Shown in pieces: positions 12,735 to 24,700 of a stretch of DNA of 64,000 bases. The notes beneath the pieces were generated by a model, which was given only the letters and a program-made list of their open reading frames with translations, was not told the origin of the DNA and ran no database searches. The position numbers were made by a program, and so were the translations under genes. The DNA lies in assembly GCA_030141605.1 (NCBI GenBank), contig JAQGDQ010000903.1:1-64000 (forward strand). The letters run 5' to 3'. How positions within the stretch are numbered: position 1 is the first letter of the stretch; each line of letters starts with the position of its first letter. The DNA is from Tubiluchus corallicola. Lineage: Eukaryota > Animalia > Priapulida.

Positions 12735-15700
12735 CTTTATTCTAGGCATAGTAACAGTTGGTGGTTTAGCCGATGCTGTAAAAGCATGTGCACGACCCTG
12801 TTCTATCTGCTGCTGAAGAAATGGCATGCTCGGCACTGCACCAAAAACAAAATCCTCTCTTAGGGCATCAATCAGAACAATTACAACCTTTCCAAATAGT
12901 GGCTGGAAATGCAAAGAAGAAATACAGATAAAATTGCAAAACAAAACTGATGTCCGATGTACGAAATTTGCAATCTAACTGTATATCTGGTCTGCAATGC
13001 AAGATGACAAGACTCAGTCCATTTATCATGATATTGAAGACAGATCAGAATCACTCGCTCCCTTATTTTCCTTCTGGTAGTTAAAAATAACATTGTAGCC
13101 TAATTTTTAGGTTTAATATTTAAGATTGAGGACCCTGAAGTGCCAGAGCAGAGTTTATAGTCTCTACTCTTCAATTGTTAATTCCAAAGCTGTGAAAACA
13201 GCTAAACTGGAAAGGTGTGTGACATCAAAGTGCCCTACAGGTGCATCCACCGAATAATGTCTTCTCTATATCATAAAGAACAAGATGCTTATTGATTATA
13301 TTAATGTGCATCGAAAAAATCTTATACAAATTTTTAAAATCTTCTCATGTAAGCAAGCAGCTTTATGACTCTGACGGTACCGAGCATCACTTGCCGGAAT
13401 GTCTCAGCAAACTAATGTTCACTGCTCCAAATCTTGAATGTTTGAGCGTAAAAGGAATACCGTATACATTTATGTACAAGTCGAACTTTTGGAAGCCAAT
13501 TTTAAGGTGAAATTTTTGGGGTCGACTTATACTTAAGATACGTTTTTGGTAGATGTCGCTAAAGAGTCATCTACAATATGAATATTTAAAGAAATAATCC
13601 TTCATTATACGCTGGACTGAATGAATACTCATTCTGTGATACTTCACATCAGAGAATGTTCGCATCTTGACATTACTTCACAAAATTAACAAATATTACT
13701 GTAATTTATTTTAGTAATGCCCTCAACATGAATATATATATACAGTAACATTATGTTATATGTTATACTCGGTGCCTACATTATAGTAGGTATAATATAC
13801 TCGGCCCAGGCACTTGTATGTACCTTACACACTAACACAGTGGGCTATTGATTTATTACTCGGCCATTGTTGGCATCATTTACTCTGGAACATCTTAATA
13901 TTTTAGGATCGACTTGTACACAGGTAATATATAAAATGATGCAAGTTTTGGTCTTAAAATGCAAGTCGACTTGTACATAAGGTCGACTTTACATAAGTAT
14001 ACACGGTACATGTAAGTGGTGGGATTTGGTTATATTTGTACTGGTGGCTTGAACTGATATGTAAAAAGGATGGCATAGCAAACATGGGAAAGGTATGTTA
14101 AACATGCTGAATTTTATAAAACATTGTAGCTTGGTGGAACAGTCATCTTTTCTTCAAATGCGTACTACTTCCATTGGTGAAGAAGTAATGACACAATGCC
14201 ATCTTCTCGACGCTTATTAACTTTTAACAAAATGAGCTGATTGGCATTTAACATTCTCCAAGGTGGTGGTATTACAACAGATATATTAAGAATCCATGCA
14301 CGCTTGTTTGAGCATATTCCAGCAATCTATAAGGTAGGGCTGCATCGATACATCTAAGTCACGATACGATACATATCGCGATACTAACCTCACGTTACGA
14401 TACGTAACACGATACACATTGAGTTAACGTTTGTGGGTTTAATAAAAAAACTAGATTAAGCTGCAAATATATTATATGTGTATATTAGATTTAACAAACA
14501 ATTTTAAAAAAGTGCAAAAATAATTCAGCAAACTGTTTGATTTCTGTTTATACTCTTGTATTATTTGCTTTATAAGCCACCAGAAATGCAAAACATTTCA
14601 ATACTTTTAGTTCTAAAATATGCTGGTGCATTTTTTTGTTCATATTGACAGTCTAGCTTATGCTAAATATCGATGATTCACATTATCGTGATACTGGTAC
14701 ATTTTTGCGATACACGTATCATTACAAAAGGTATCACGATGCAGAGGTATCTCATTACAGGCCTACTATAAGGTGTAATAAGAATTTTGCTTCTTCAGAA
14801 CAGTCAGAAAGTGTCCTACATAACAGACCCAAACTGCTACTGAATTTACATCAAATCCTGTCGCAGTGGTCATTTCCTTTGATATTCGGTCTGTTGTAAC
14901 TCTGAGACATTCATGTGAGCTAACCTTTGTTTGAGGGACAATTATATAAGGGCAGTAGCTTGGTTTCTGTTTATTACCTTTGAACGCAACACATTGTAGG
15001 ACTGAACTGCATACGTCCTTTGACCACTGATGGAGTTCCTCTAACTTGTCTTGCAATTCAAGTCTCCCTGTTGATAATGTTACCATCATCGAAAAATGTA
15101 AGTTGGGATGACACATTTATGGTAATAACATTTGAACATATATACGGAAAAAACTAGCCCGAGGACTAAGCACTTCAGCACTCTTGATGATAATGACAAC
15201 CAAAAAGCCCAGTCTGTCTAGTTTCATTGACAGGTACTGCTCTGAGTTCGACCAGAAAGGAAAACAGATATCCAAGGTGCAGTCCTTCCGTGAAAGCCAT
15301 AGTAATGGAGCTTAAATGAAGGAGTCTATGGTCTAGGGTCTATGGAGCCAAGGCTTGGCAGAAGATGAGCAAAACCACGTCTGTTTGGCTACGATTGTTT
15401 AAAGTAGATCACAGTTTTGTACAGCAGTCTCGTGCCACACAGTTTCGTGCCACGCACAGTCTCATGCCACGCAGACCAGACAGTTTCGTGCCACCCAGAC
15501 CACACAGTTTCGTGCCACGCACAGTCTCGTGCCACGCAGACCACATAGTTTCGTGTCACGCAGACCACACAGTTTCGTGTCTGCATGCAGCTATATATGT
15601 AAATGCATGAATACATATTGGTGCCACCACTCCTCATCTAAATTACACAATTATCAGAAGGCAAATATAATATTTTAACAGACTTGACATCACATGATCA

Positions 15701-17470
15701 GTCTGGTATTAAATTCTTGTCGCATTTATTATTATAAACATTATTATTATTACTGTTATTATTATTATAATTATAATTATTATTATTATAACATGGTAAC
15801 AATACTAAGCATGCAAATACTAGCTGGTTTCATTGAGTTAATTTGCAAGGCTATATCTGCATATTTTTGTTTCATCGAATTAACTTAAGTCCTAACTACA
15901 TTCTGATTTGTTTTTTCTTTTATTGTGGTTTTGCTCATACTTTTGTTTCTAACTATAGCTTATTGTAATGTATGGTTTCAGTTTATTTTGGTTTTTATTT
16001 TAGTTTATTTAATTTATTTTATATTGCATGGTTAATTGATACTGCATTTCGCGCAACTGTATTTCTAATAATTATAATATGTTGCTTTGTTTTGCTCATT
16101 TTTCTCACCGTAAACTTCAAAATATCAGTAAGTTAACAAATATTATTTGCACAAATTTAATTATTGTCTCCTCAGACAATATTAAATTCACAACACATAG
16201 CAGCACAAATAATTGACATAACATATTCGTATTATTAAATTTAAAAAAGCTGTGGTAACTAAAATAACATATTTATATAGGGGTGGCTGCTTGATGACCC
16301 CTGGTCTTTCGCCACCCCGTCTCTATTTTTGTTAATATAATTTACTGACTTTAATTTCATATCGTTTCTAACCTATTGAAGGAGACAAATAAAAAATTTT
16401 GAATTGAAAAAAAAACAGTGATTAATTGCCTTTCACAAAATTTCTGACTAAAACTACACTGAAGTGCTTGGAATTTGAGGGGCTCGATCAGTGATTAACA
16501 GTGATTAATTGCCTTTCACAAAATTTCTGACTAAAACTACACTGAAGTGCTTGCAATTTGAGGGGCTCGATCGCAGTCGCCCCACTGCAACAGCTGTTTT
16601 GTGTTTGGAAGGCTTTTACTGTGCTCCCTCACTTACCAAAATCATACTCACAAAACGCTCGGTTCCTAGTGGTTTTCAAAGTCACTAGTTAGGCGAGCGA
16701 AAATTCACTGTTTTTCACAGAAAGCAAACAAGTAAAACAACTAACAAAATAAATTACTTAGTAAACAAATAAAATAAATTGAAAAATAAATTATACTTTT
16801 TCTTTTAAATTATCGACTTTTACACAGGTCGTCATAGTTATCCAGTGATTCAGTTATTAATGTACAAGGATGAGAAAATTTTGCTAAAAGCTTCCCTCAA
16901 AAATTTCAGGTGAGCTTTCTTGTAGCTTTCCTGCATATTTGAAAAAAACAAGTACTGAATATGAAACAATGTTACTTAAAATGGCAAGCTTGATAAGCTG
17001 CAGGGAAATGGGCCTATAATTTCCAAGCAATAACTTGTAACTCTTTCTATGGGCACCTATTATTAATGCTTGCTTGTAATAAAAAAAGAAGATTTGCCAT
17101 GTAAAAGGTGAAATGGAAAACCAAACGTAAAAGCAAAGAAAGCCTGAAAAGCAAACTGAAGCAAGAGAAAAGTCATGTCAACCTCATAATATTGGGGCTT
17201 AGGAAGAGTCTATGATACTGCACAGTATCAAAATCAACACTTTGCTGAAGTAAAACACGCAATTAATGTCATGGACGCACTTCAATGCTACAAAAATAAT
17301 GCGCGCATTACCTTGCTCCTAAATCTTAATTCCGTGCCAGCATTGATTTTGTCGTCGCTTGGGTGACTGCCAAATGTGGGTTTTGTAGCAATGTAGCCAC
17401 ACAAATAAACATAAATTCCAAAAATAAGAGTAATAATTGAGCCAAAAAATCGTAACTGCAATGAAACCAT
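12735..17470 (-). CDS. PIGG: GPI ethanolamine phosphate transferase 2, first two coding exons (17470-17312 and 12902-12735); remaining exons not found in the window
   Basis: Exon 1 encodes an N-terminal TM anchor MVSLQLRFFGSIITLIFGIYVYLCGY and ends at a gtaatg donor (phase 0). Exon 2 encodes PLFGKVVIVLIDALREDFVFG..MPF..AKPPTVTMPRIK followed by gtaaga, the PIGG/GPI7 signature. Confidence 0.88.
13460..14006. mobile_element. Tc1/mariner-pogo-type MITE with TA target duplication
   Basis: TA|ccgtatacatttatgtacaagtcga ... tcgactttacataagtatacacgg|TA imperfect TIRs; subterminal gtcgactt repeats. Confidence 0.75.
14335..14765. mobile_element. hAT-type MITE with a perfect 8-bp TSD (CTATAAGG)
   Basis: Termini tagggctg ... 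caggccta; ctataagg at 14327-14334 and 14766-14773; subterminal cgatac/gtatc repeats. Confidence 0.88.
14780..15120 (-). mobile_element. Degenerate LINE RT fragment
   Basis: ..FSMMVTL..ELQDKLEELHQWSK.. followed by a HECLRV-like stretch resembles the post-YADD RT region; heavily decayed. Confidence 0.45.
15409..15580 (+). repeat. Minisatellite with 17-24 bp units (cacagtttcgtgccacgcagac)
   Basis: About 8 variant copies of cagtytcgtgccacgca(gaccaca). Confidence 0.85.
16414..16572 (+). repeat. Tandem duplication, 83-bp period x2
   Basis: aacagtgattaattgcctttcacaaaatttctgactaaaactacactgaagtgcttg..ggggctcgatc occurs twice. Confidence 0.9.
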
Positions 17471-17694
17471 TATATATGCTTTTGTTAACACAGTCTGCAA
17501 TCTATTATTTTTCTAACAAAAATCATTTCATTTTTCATTTTTAAAACACGTGTTTTCAGCAATAGAAGATCTCTTCGATATTTCTTACATGGCGTGGTGA
17601 ACGAGGGAATCGACCCAACCAATGGAATGACACTCACATTATGGACACGAGATTTCTTGTGTGCTTCACAAAAATAATAATTGTGGAATACTCC

Positions 17695-17716
17695 ATTGAG
17701 CAAGGCGTTTGATACT

Positions 17717-17793
<77 letters not shown>

Positions 17794-17985
17794 AATTCCT
17801 TTTAATGACCTGCAAGCCATGTTACAACCAGATGAAATGCACATTATTACAATTATACTGAAAGCTGTTAAACTTACCATAAAGGTTGGGAACATCTTAG
17901 GAAGAATTTTTCGTACAAATGTTTAAGTTCCCTCAGGGAGACTGCCTTCGCAGTCTGTACTTTTCACGCTGTACCTGGCAAACTA
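17695..17985 (+). mobile_element. LINE RT fragment split by a (GA)n microsatellite (17719-17792)
   Basis: LSKAFDTV-(ER)n-IPF..IILK..LTIKVG..FRTNV*VPQGDCL reproduces RT motifs KAFDxV and GVPQG. Confidence 0.75.
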
Positions 17986-18711
17986 TATCGCCGTTCTATT
18001 CTAACTGTCATAAATGCATTATAATCTCAAATGTAAACTTTATGCTTCCACTGAATCAAATCAAAATCAAATCAGGCTTATTTTTTCATTAGCATTTCAG
18101 GAATGTACACACATAATAAAAATGTATAGACATAATCAGAGTAATAAATGTGTTAATAAAGGAAATAACAGTCATCAAGTCAGCTACCCTTTATTTGGCA
18201 ATAAAGTAGGTTGATTTTGGCACTGGTTAGCATGGCAAATTAAATAATGATGTAAAGTTTCTGTTAAGTAATTGTCGATAATTATCATCTATATACATAA
18301 TTTTCATCTGTAAAATTTGATAAGTAGTCACTTACACATTAGACATAGAATCTTATACACAAATTTCTTAACAATATTTCTATTGCTGCTGTAGCTAGTC
18401 AGTAACTGCTAATATTTTGTTAGTATAATTATGAATCCGAAAAGCTGCTTCATACTTAACTATAGCCAGAGAATAAAGGGACCTACGTAAGTTAGCCTCT
18501 TCCGTGACTCTAACGGGAATTATGGCCTCTTTCTGTTACCCAGAGACAGAGCCTCTGACATGCATAAGAAGTTTACTGTATTGCCCTTTTCTTTTGAGCG
18601 GTAAAAGATTCCTGTGATTGATTTGATGAAATATGTGGCATGCTCATGCTGTGGAATGCGAATAAATGGTCTATTTACGTGCGTGAAATAGTTGTTTGCA
18701 CTGACAAAAAT

Positions 18712-21700
18712 ATGTCAAAATCGTGCAAAAAACTAAGCAATGGTGAAAACGATTACACAGAGGCTTCAAAAGAGGTTGCCCTTATAATTACGTTATGAAA
18801 AATGACTGATCAGTGATGTACTAACGTAGGCGTATTCATATTGTTCACTTAGTTACTGTTTTTAAACTAAACCAATCTTGCATAGGTTGGATATTATAAA
18901 AGGTTGGACATTCACGCTTACTCCGAAGTCGCTAATCTTCTCTCGACAATCTAAATTTGCTTTCAGCATGTGGCAGCATCTAGTGCAGTTTCGTTAGCAG
19001 GCTTTTCCGTGGCTGTTACTGCCAAATTTTTATTAAGTGATTGTTCACTATTTAGTTTAGCTCTGTGATTTGTATGTGTATAGAAAATGCATAAACGTAT
19101 GACACAATAGGTGCGACAAACTATGTAAACATGCTAAAGCTGTAATCTGTAAATCCTTCATGGTGCCAATTATGGGCAGTTTTCATTCACTTTTTGCCCA
19201 ATAAATAACAATAACTGTACGTGACTTTTTGCTATGTGGCAGCATTTTCTACGTCATTTTGTTGTCATGGGAATTTATATCAAAGCTTGTCCCCATAAGC
19301 CTGTGATAGTTGTCCCAATTCCAATAGGTGACTTTTGCATAATAAAATTTTACAGATAATGTTCGACTTTATAGCCACCATAGAAAGATTTTATATTAAA
19401 AGAATTAAAGCAAATTTGACAATTGTGATAATGTGTGCAATTGCAACATTGAAAACCAGATCTGGCATTTCACGCTGGACTTAATATTATTGCTGGTAGC
19501 AATAGGACCAAAATCTAGCTTTTTATAAAAGGTAATCATTTTCATGAAATCCTTGGTTGGCGGAGGCATCTTAGCCATATTTGTATATATACTTATTCCA
19601 GGGGGGTAAAGCAGATTGAACTGCTCCAAATCATTTTGGTAACGGTCACCCATCCATTTTCTAGTGATGCTTTGAATTGCCTAACTATACAACTGATCGG
19701 TGATCAGCAGTTTCCCCATTTTTAGGAGCTGGTGGAAAGACTTCAACAATGTGAATCTCACATTAAGCAGCTAAAAGCAATCATAGCTAAAGCATCTCAG
19801 TTGAAATCAGACAAATGCAGGCCTGATAAGAAGGAGAGACCATTTAATTTCTCAAGGTTTGTACACTGTTATGTCATCCAAAGAGTTTCGTTTTTTTATT
19901 GGGCGCTTTCCAGCAGTTTTCAGAAAATCTATTTTCAAGATATCATTTGCCAGTGTCTATTTTGTAAGATAAGCCCTGAGGTTGACATTTTTCACCGTGT
20001 TTCCTTGGCAACAAAGCAGCCAAGCAAAACTTTATTAAATACTAATCAGTTTAATTTTCAGCTGTTTGAGAAATTTATTATTTAACTCGTGTCATATAAT
20101 TGATACAGGATAGAGGTGACAGTAATAGTACCTACATGTATAATTTGCATGTTGTGTTGCATAAGATACTCCTAGCAAATGGCTTCAGGGGTGTACTTTT
20201 TTGCCACTAATAAACTGAAAATTTTTTAAATTTTACGAGTTTGTATCTTTTTAGGTACAATAAAAGGCATATAGCATTAAAGCTGCTTTACTTAGGATGG
20301 GATTATCAAGGTTATGCTGTACAAGATGAATGGCCTAAAACTATTGAAGCAGCTTTATTTGATGCGCTGATAAAAACACGGTTGATAGAATCACGAGAAA
20401 CGTCAAATTATCACAGATGTGGTAGAACAGACAAAGGTGTTAGTGCTTTAGGACAGGTATGTGTTTGAAAGTATTGAAAAGGCACAGACTACAACTGCGA
20501 AAGAGTTACATTTTTGATTATTGTTTTGCTCTTGCTTAAGTTTGTTTAATTTTTTTAATAGTAATTTTTTTGTTTCACAGACTGTTTTATTTATTGCTAT
20601 GTGTGCATGAAGCTATGTATGGCTCAATATTAAGCTACAGTAAAGACGAAGTTACTCTGTAGATCAATCTACATTAAATAGAGGATGAAATTCATCATGT
20701 TGATATCACTGCTTAAAGGACAAGAAAATGGCCAACCAAGGTAAGTCTCAGAAAATTTGCAAAAAAAATTATATCACCTAAGTATAATCTTAAGCAAATA
20801 AAGTACTCACGTTTTCACATTTACTCCAATTTTTGTAAAATATTTCAACCGCTGAAGTAAACGTTGGCACAGGCATGTTTCATTTAGTTCGCCAATTGAA
20901 AAGCCAGCATGTGACTGATCACGTGGCATGACATCACTCGAACACAATCGCAGTGAGTTCTGAACACGTGTACTATAAAGATTTGTGTTGTGGTTTTGTG
21001 ACGTCGTCTAATATGGCACCGCCGTGACAGTTTTACGGGAGTATTTAAAATGAAAACAAACAGGAAATTCTTTTAACGTGAGTATGATAAACGCTTAAGA
21101 TTGCCTTTAACCGATATAATTCTATAGCAAAAATTTTCTGAGACTTGCTTTAACTAGGCCTTTCCTTGTTCTTTAAAGGGGAAGAAAAGCTCATTTTAAT
21201 GTATGTTTCAAAAAACTTTCCACACAAAATTATATTACTTAACATTATGCTAATCATGCTTACTTGCTTGAAAGACTTATGTAATTAAAAAAAGAAAATT
21301 CTCAGTACATACAGTAAAATGTTCACACTTCGCCTTCCGGTCATAGCGGGAGTTTGACTTTTCAAGCTTTATATAGCTTTGCTGCTAATGCAAGACAAAT
21401 TTTTTTACCTTGATGTTAGAAAAGGGTTTTCTTGTGCTTTAAGGGGCCTGCTCAACTTACCTATTTTTTTTATTTCTACTTTAATTATTATTTAATCTTT
21501 TTTTATTTTCTTTATATGCTTGCAGACTTTGACAATATTTATTTGGGGAGGTTTTCTTCACAACCTGACACGTGCATATTTCATTTTACATTTCTGCCCC
21601 CATTGCTTTAATATTCTTGCCATTTTAATTCCCTTTTAAAACCTCTATGTGCTCTAGTTATAATCATAATTATTTAGTGTCCAGTTTTTCTGTTAGCGTT

Positions 21701-24700
21701 TAACATTTATACAGGATTTAGTATCAATTTGTACTTAGTCACGTTTGTCCTGTATGGCAAACCTGGGAAAATATGAGCCAAACCGCTTACACTGTATTAT
21801 AGTGTGCTTTTACATGACTATCCCACATTTCCTTGCAGTTTCTTTCTGCTTTGCCAAATTAGAATGCTCACTAAGTCACTTGGACGGATGATATGAATAT
21901 AAGTTTTTTTATCACCGTTACAACCATTTCATCATTATATGCATTGACTGGCTTTACGTTTGCATCTGTGGGCTACACGTTTTTATAAAACTATGCTTTT
22001 TTGTACTTTTAGTAATATTGCTCAGTATTTTTCCAAAAATTTTAAATCGTTTGTTTGTGTTAGGGCCCATTGTTTTTGCCTGGGAGATTTTTGACTGAGT
22101 ACTTTCATGATTTTCATAATTAATGTGGATATTGTGAAGTATCGTAATAGTTTGCTCTAAGGAGAATCGTACTAAATTATTATTATTATTTATATTTATT
22201 TCAAACATTTTAAAGTTTTACGATGTGCTTTAAATAAATTTACAGTTTTTTCATTGTGCTATTTTTGCAATTATCTGTAACTGTTATTTGATGTTTTTTT
22301 ATTATCAGGTAGTATCACTTGATGTCAGAAGTACAGCAGTGGAAGGACGAGGAGTAACAGCTCATGGTGCAGCATCAGCAGCAGGTTTGTGTCAAGGATT
22401 TGTGACTGTTTTTGTATGTTACTCATTTATGTTACTTTAACTTTCTTGCTTAACAAATAAATGCTTGGCGACCATTTACGACAATTATTTTTTAACTCCG
22501 CAGTGATTGTTGTCAAGAGTTTTTAGATTGCTTATAGAAACTACAAAGCAATGTCATCAAAAAATAAAAACATTAAAACAAATAGTTGTGAAAAATGATT
22601 ATAAGTATTGATTTTTGCAATATTTTACATTGCTTTGCTCGTAACAAAAAATTTGTTCATTTTAGCACATAATTAGGGTGATGCTTATAGATAACCACCA
22701 GGCTCAATCAACTTCCTACTAATATAATCTAGTTACACCTTTAAAGTTATTGTGTCAACTGTTAACATCAAAATAGCAGCCAGTGTGTCATATAACTTTA
22801 CATTAGATTAAAAATTTTATTAGAAAACAATTTCTCCTTTATTTTTAGCAGTGGATAAATTTATTTAATAAAATTGCGGCACTGGCTAGATTTTCACAAA
22901 AACGTGAACTGATACAAGTCAGTAAAACAAAATTAAACAAAGTTTCTACGTGCATATAGAAAATTTAGGTTTTTACAGTTAACGTTGCAGATCAGCTAGT
23001 CAGCATTGAACGCACTTATAAGTCTAAAATGCACAAGTTCCAAGCATGGACTTAATATTGAATATGAAGATAATACCGTAATATATGTAATTAAAGGTCT
23101 AATAACAGACTTAATTGTAAAGCGCTTCGAGATCACTTGACATGGTGCACTATATAGATTATAAATTATTATTATTATTATGTGCTGTGGTAATTGCAGC
23201 TGCATAGACAAGGAAAATTCTAATTAAATTTTTTATTTTATGTTTATTTAGAATTTCGCTTATACAGTAAAATCATCTATTTTAGGACCGAATAAGCCGG
23301 AGATTCAATATGATCTTGTGCTGAATAAGGTGCTACCTCCTGAGCTAAGGGTTCTTGCTTGGGCCCCTGTAGATCAAGAATTCAGTGCTAGGTATACATA
23401 TTCACAAACAAATTTGTTTACGTGAAATAGTTTTACTGTTAAGCTGTACAGTCATACTTCTGTTTTCGACCACAATTCGTTCCTAAAAAGTGTTCGAAAA
23501 CCGATTTGGTTGAGTACCGAATCATTTATTCCCATAAGAAATAATGTAAAAGCAAATAATCCGTTCTCAAGCACCAGTATTACTAAAATGAAATATAATA
23601 ATGCAAAAATGCTTATCTAAACAGTAGGTATGATATCATTGATAAGAAAAACATAATAGAATTACTTAGAAAGAAAAACATATTTATTCTTGCATGGAAA
23701 AATATTACGTGTTGGTAGCAGCATGATGGCATGTGTAGGCAAGATCGGAAACACGTGCATGACTACTCTCGGGCACGGCCGGTTACGCTCGGATCTAGTC
23801 ATGTTCATCGCATGCTTGGTGGTTGGTCGAGTACCGAAATTTTAGTCGAGAACTCGAATTTTTTGGTCGAAAACCGATTTGTACGAGTATGGAGACGTTT
23901 GAAAACGGAGGTATGACTGTATTTATTAATGAATGTATACATAGAAAACATTGTAGGACTTTTAAAACTACGTACATACTTTTATAATGATAGTTGTCCC
24001 TTTAGTTACTTTGTATGTCGCATGCTTCCAACTATCAATCTGTCTTTAGCTAGGACTTGTCTACATACATACTTAGTTTATTTTTTTGCTATTAATTTGT
24101 TGTGCTATTGATGAAAATGTTCTTTGTGGTATTGATTTTGCCAAATGACTTTAATATTTAAACAAATCAGCGACATCAATGGCAACAGCACATTGCGAAG
24201 TCAAACTTTGTGTGCTGAATCTATGTTTTTAACATAGCATTTGTGTTTTTCATATAATTACAACATCACATAATTATAACATTATTTGAAATGGCTTTGA
24301 GATATAAATTATGTACAGAATACATTCTTTCAGTTAGGATTTATTTGTAAGTTTAACAGTCTAGTGAATTGAAAAGATACCATTTTATCTTTGATTCTGT
24401 ATAATATTTTAGGTTTGACTGCGTTGAGCGTGAGTACCGGTACTACTTTCCTCGAGGCGGATTAAACATTCAACTGATGCGTGAAGCGGCATCGTTACTT
24501 ACAGGGGTTCATGACTTTAGAAATCTGTGCAAAATGGATGTGGGAAATGGTGTTGTTAACTACACTAGAAGTATTAGTAGAGCAGACATTCGGCAGCTAC
24601 TGTTTGGGTATACGCAAATCACTTATACCTTTTTAAATAACACATGTGTGTAACTAAACATAGAGGTGATAACTTAGACGTTGCTTGATACGAACTCTCT

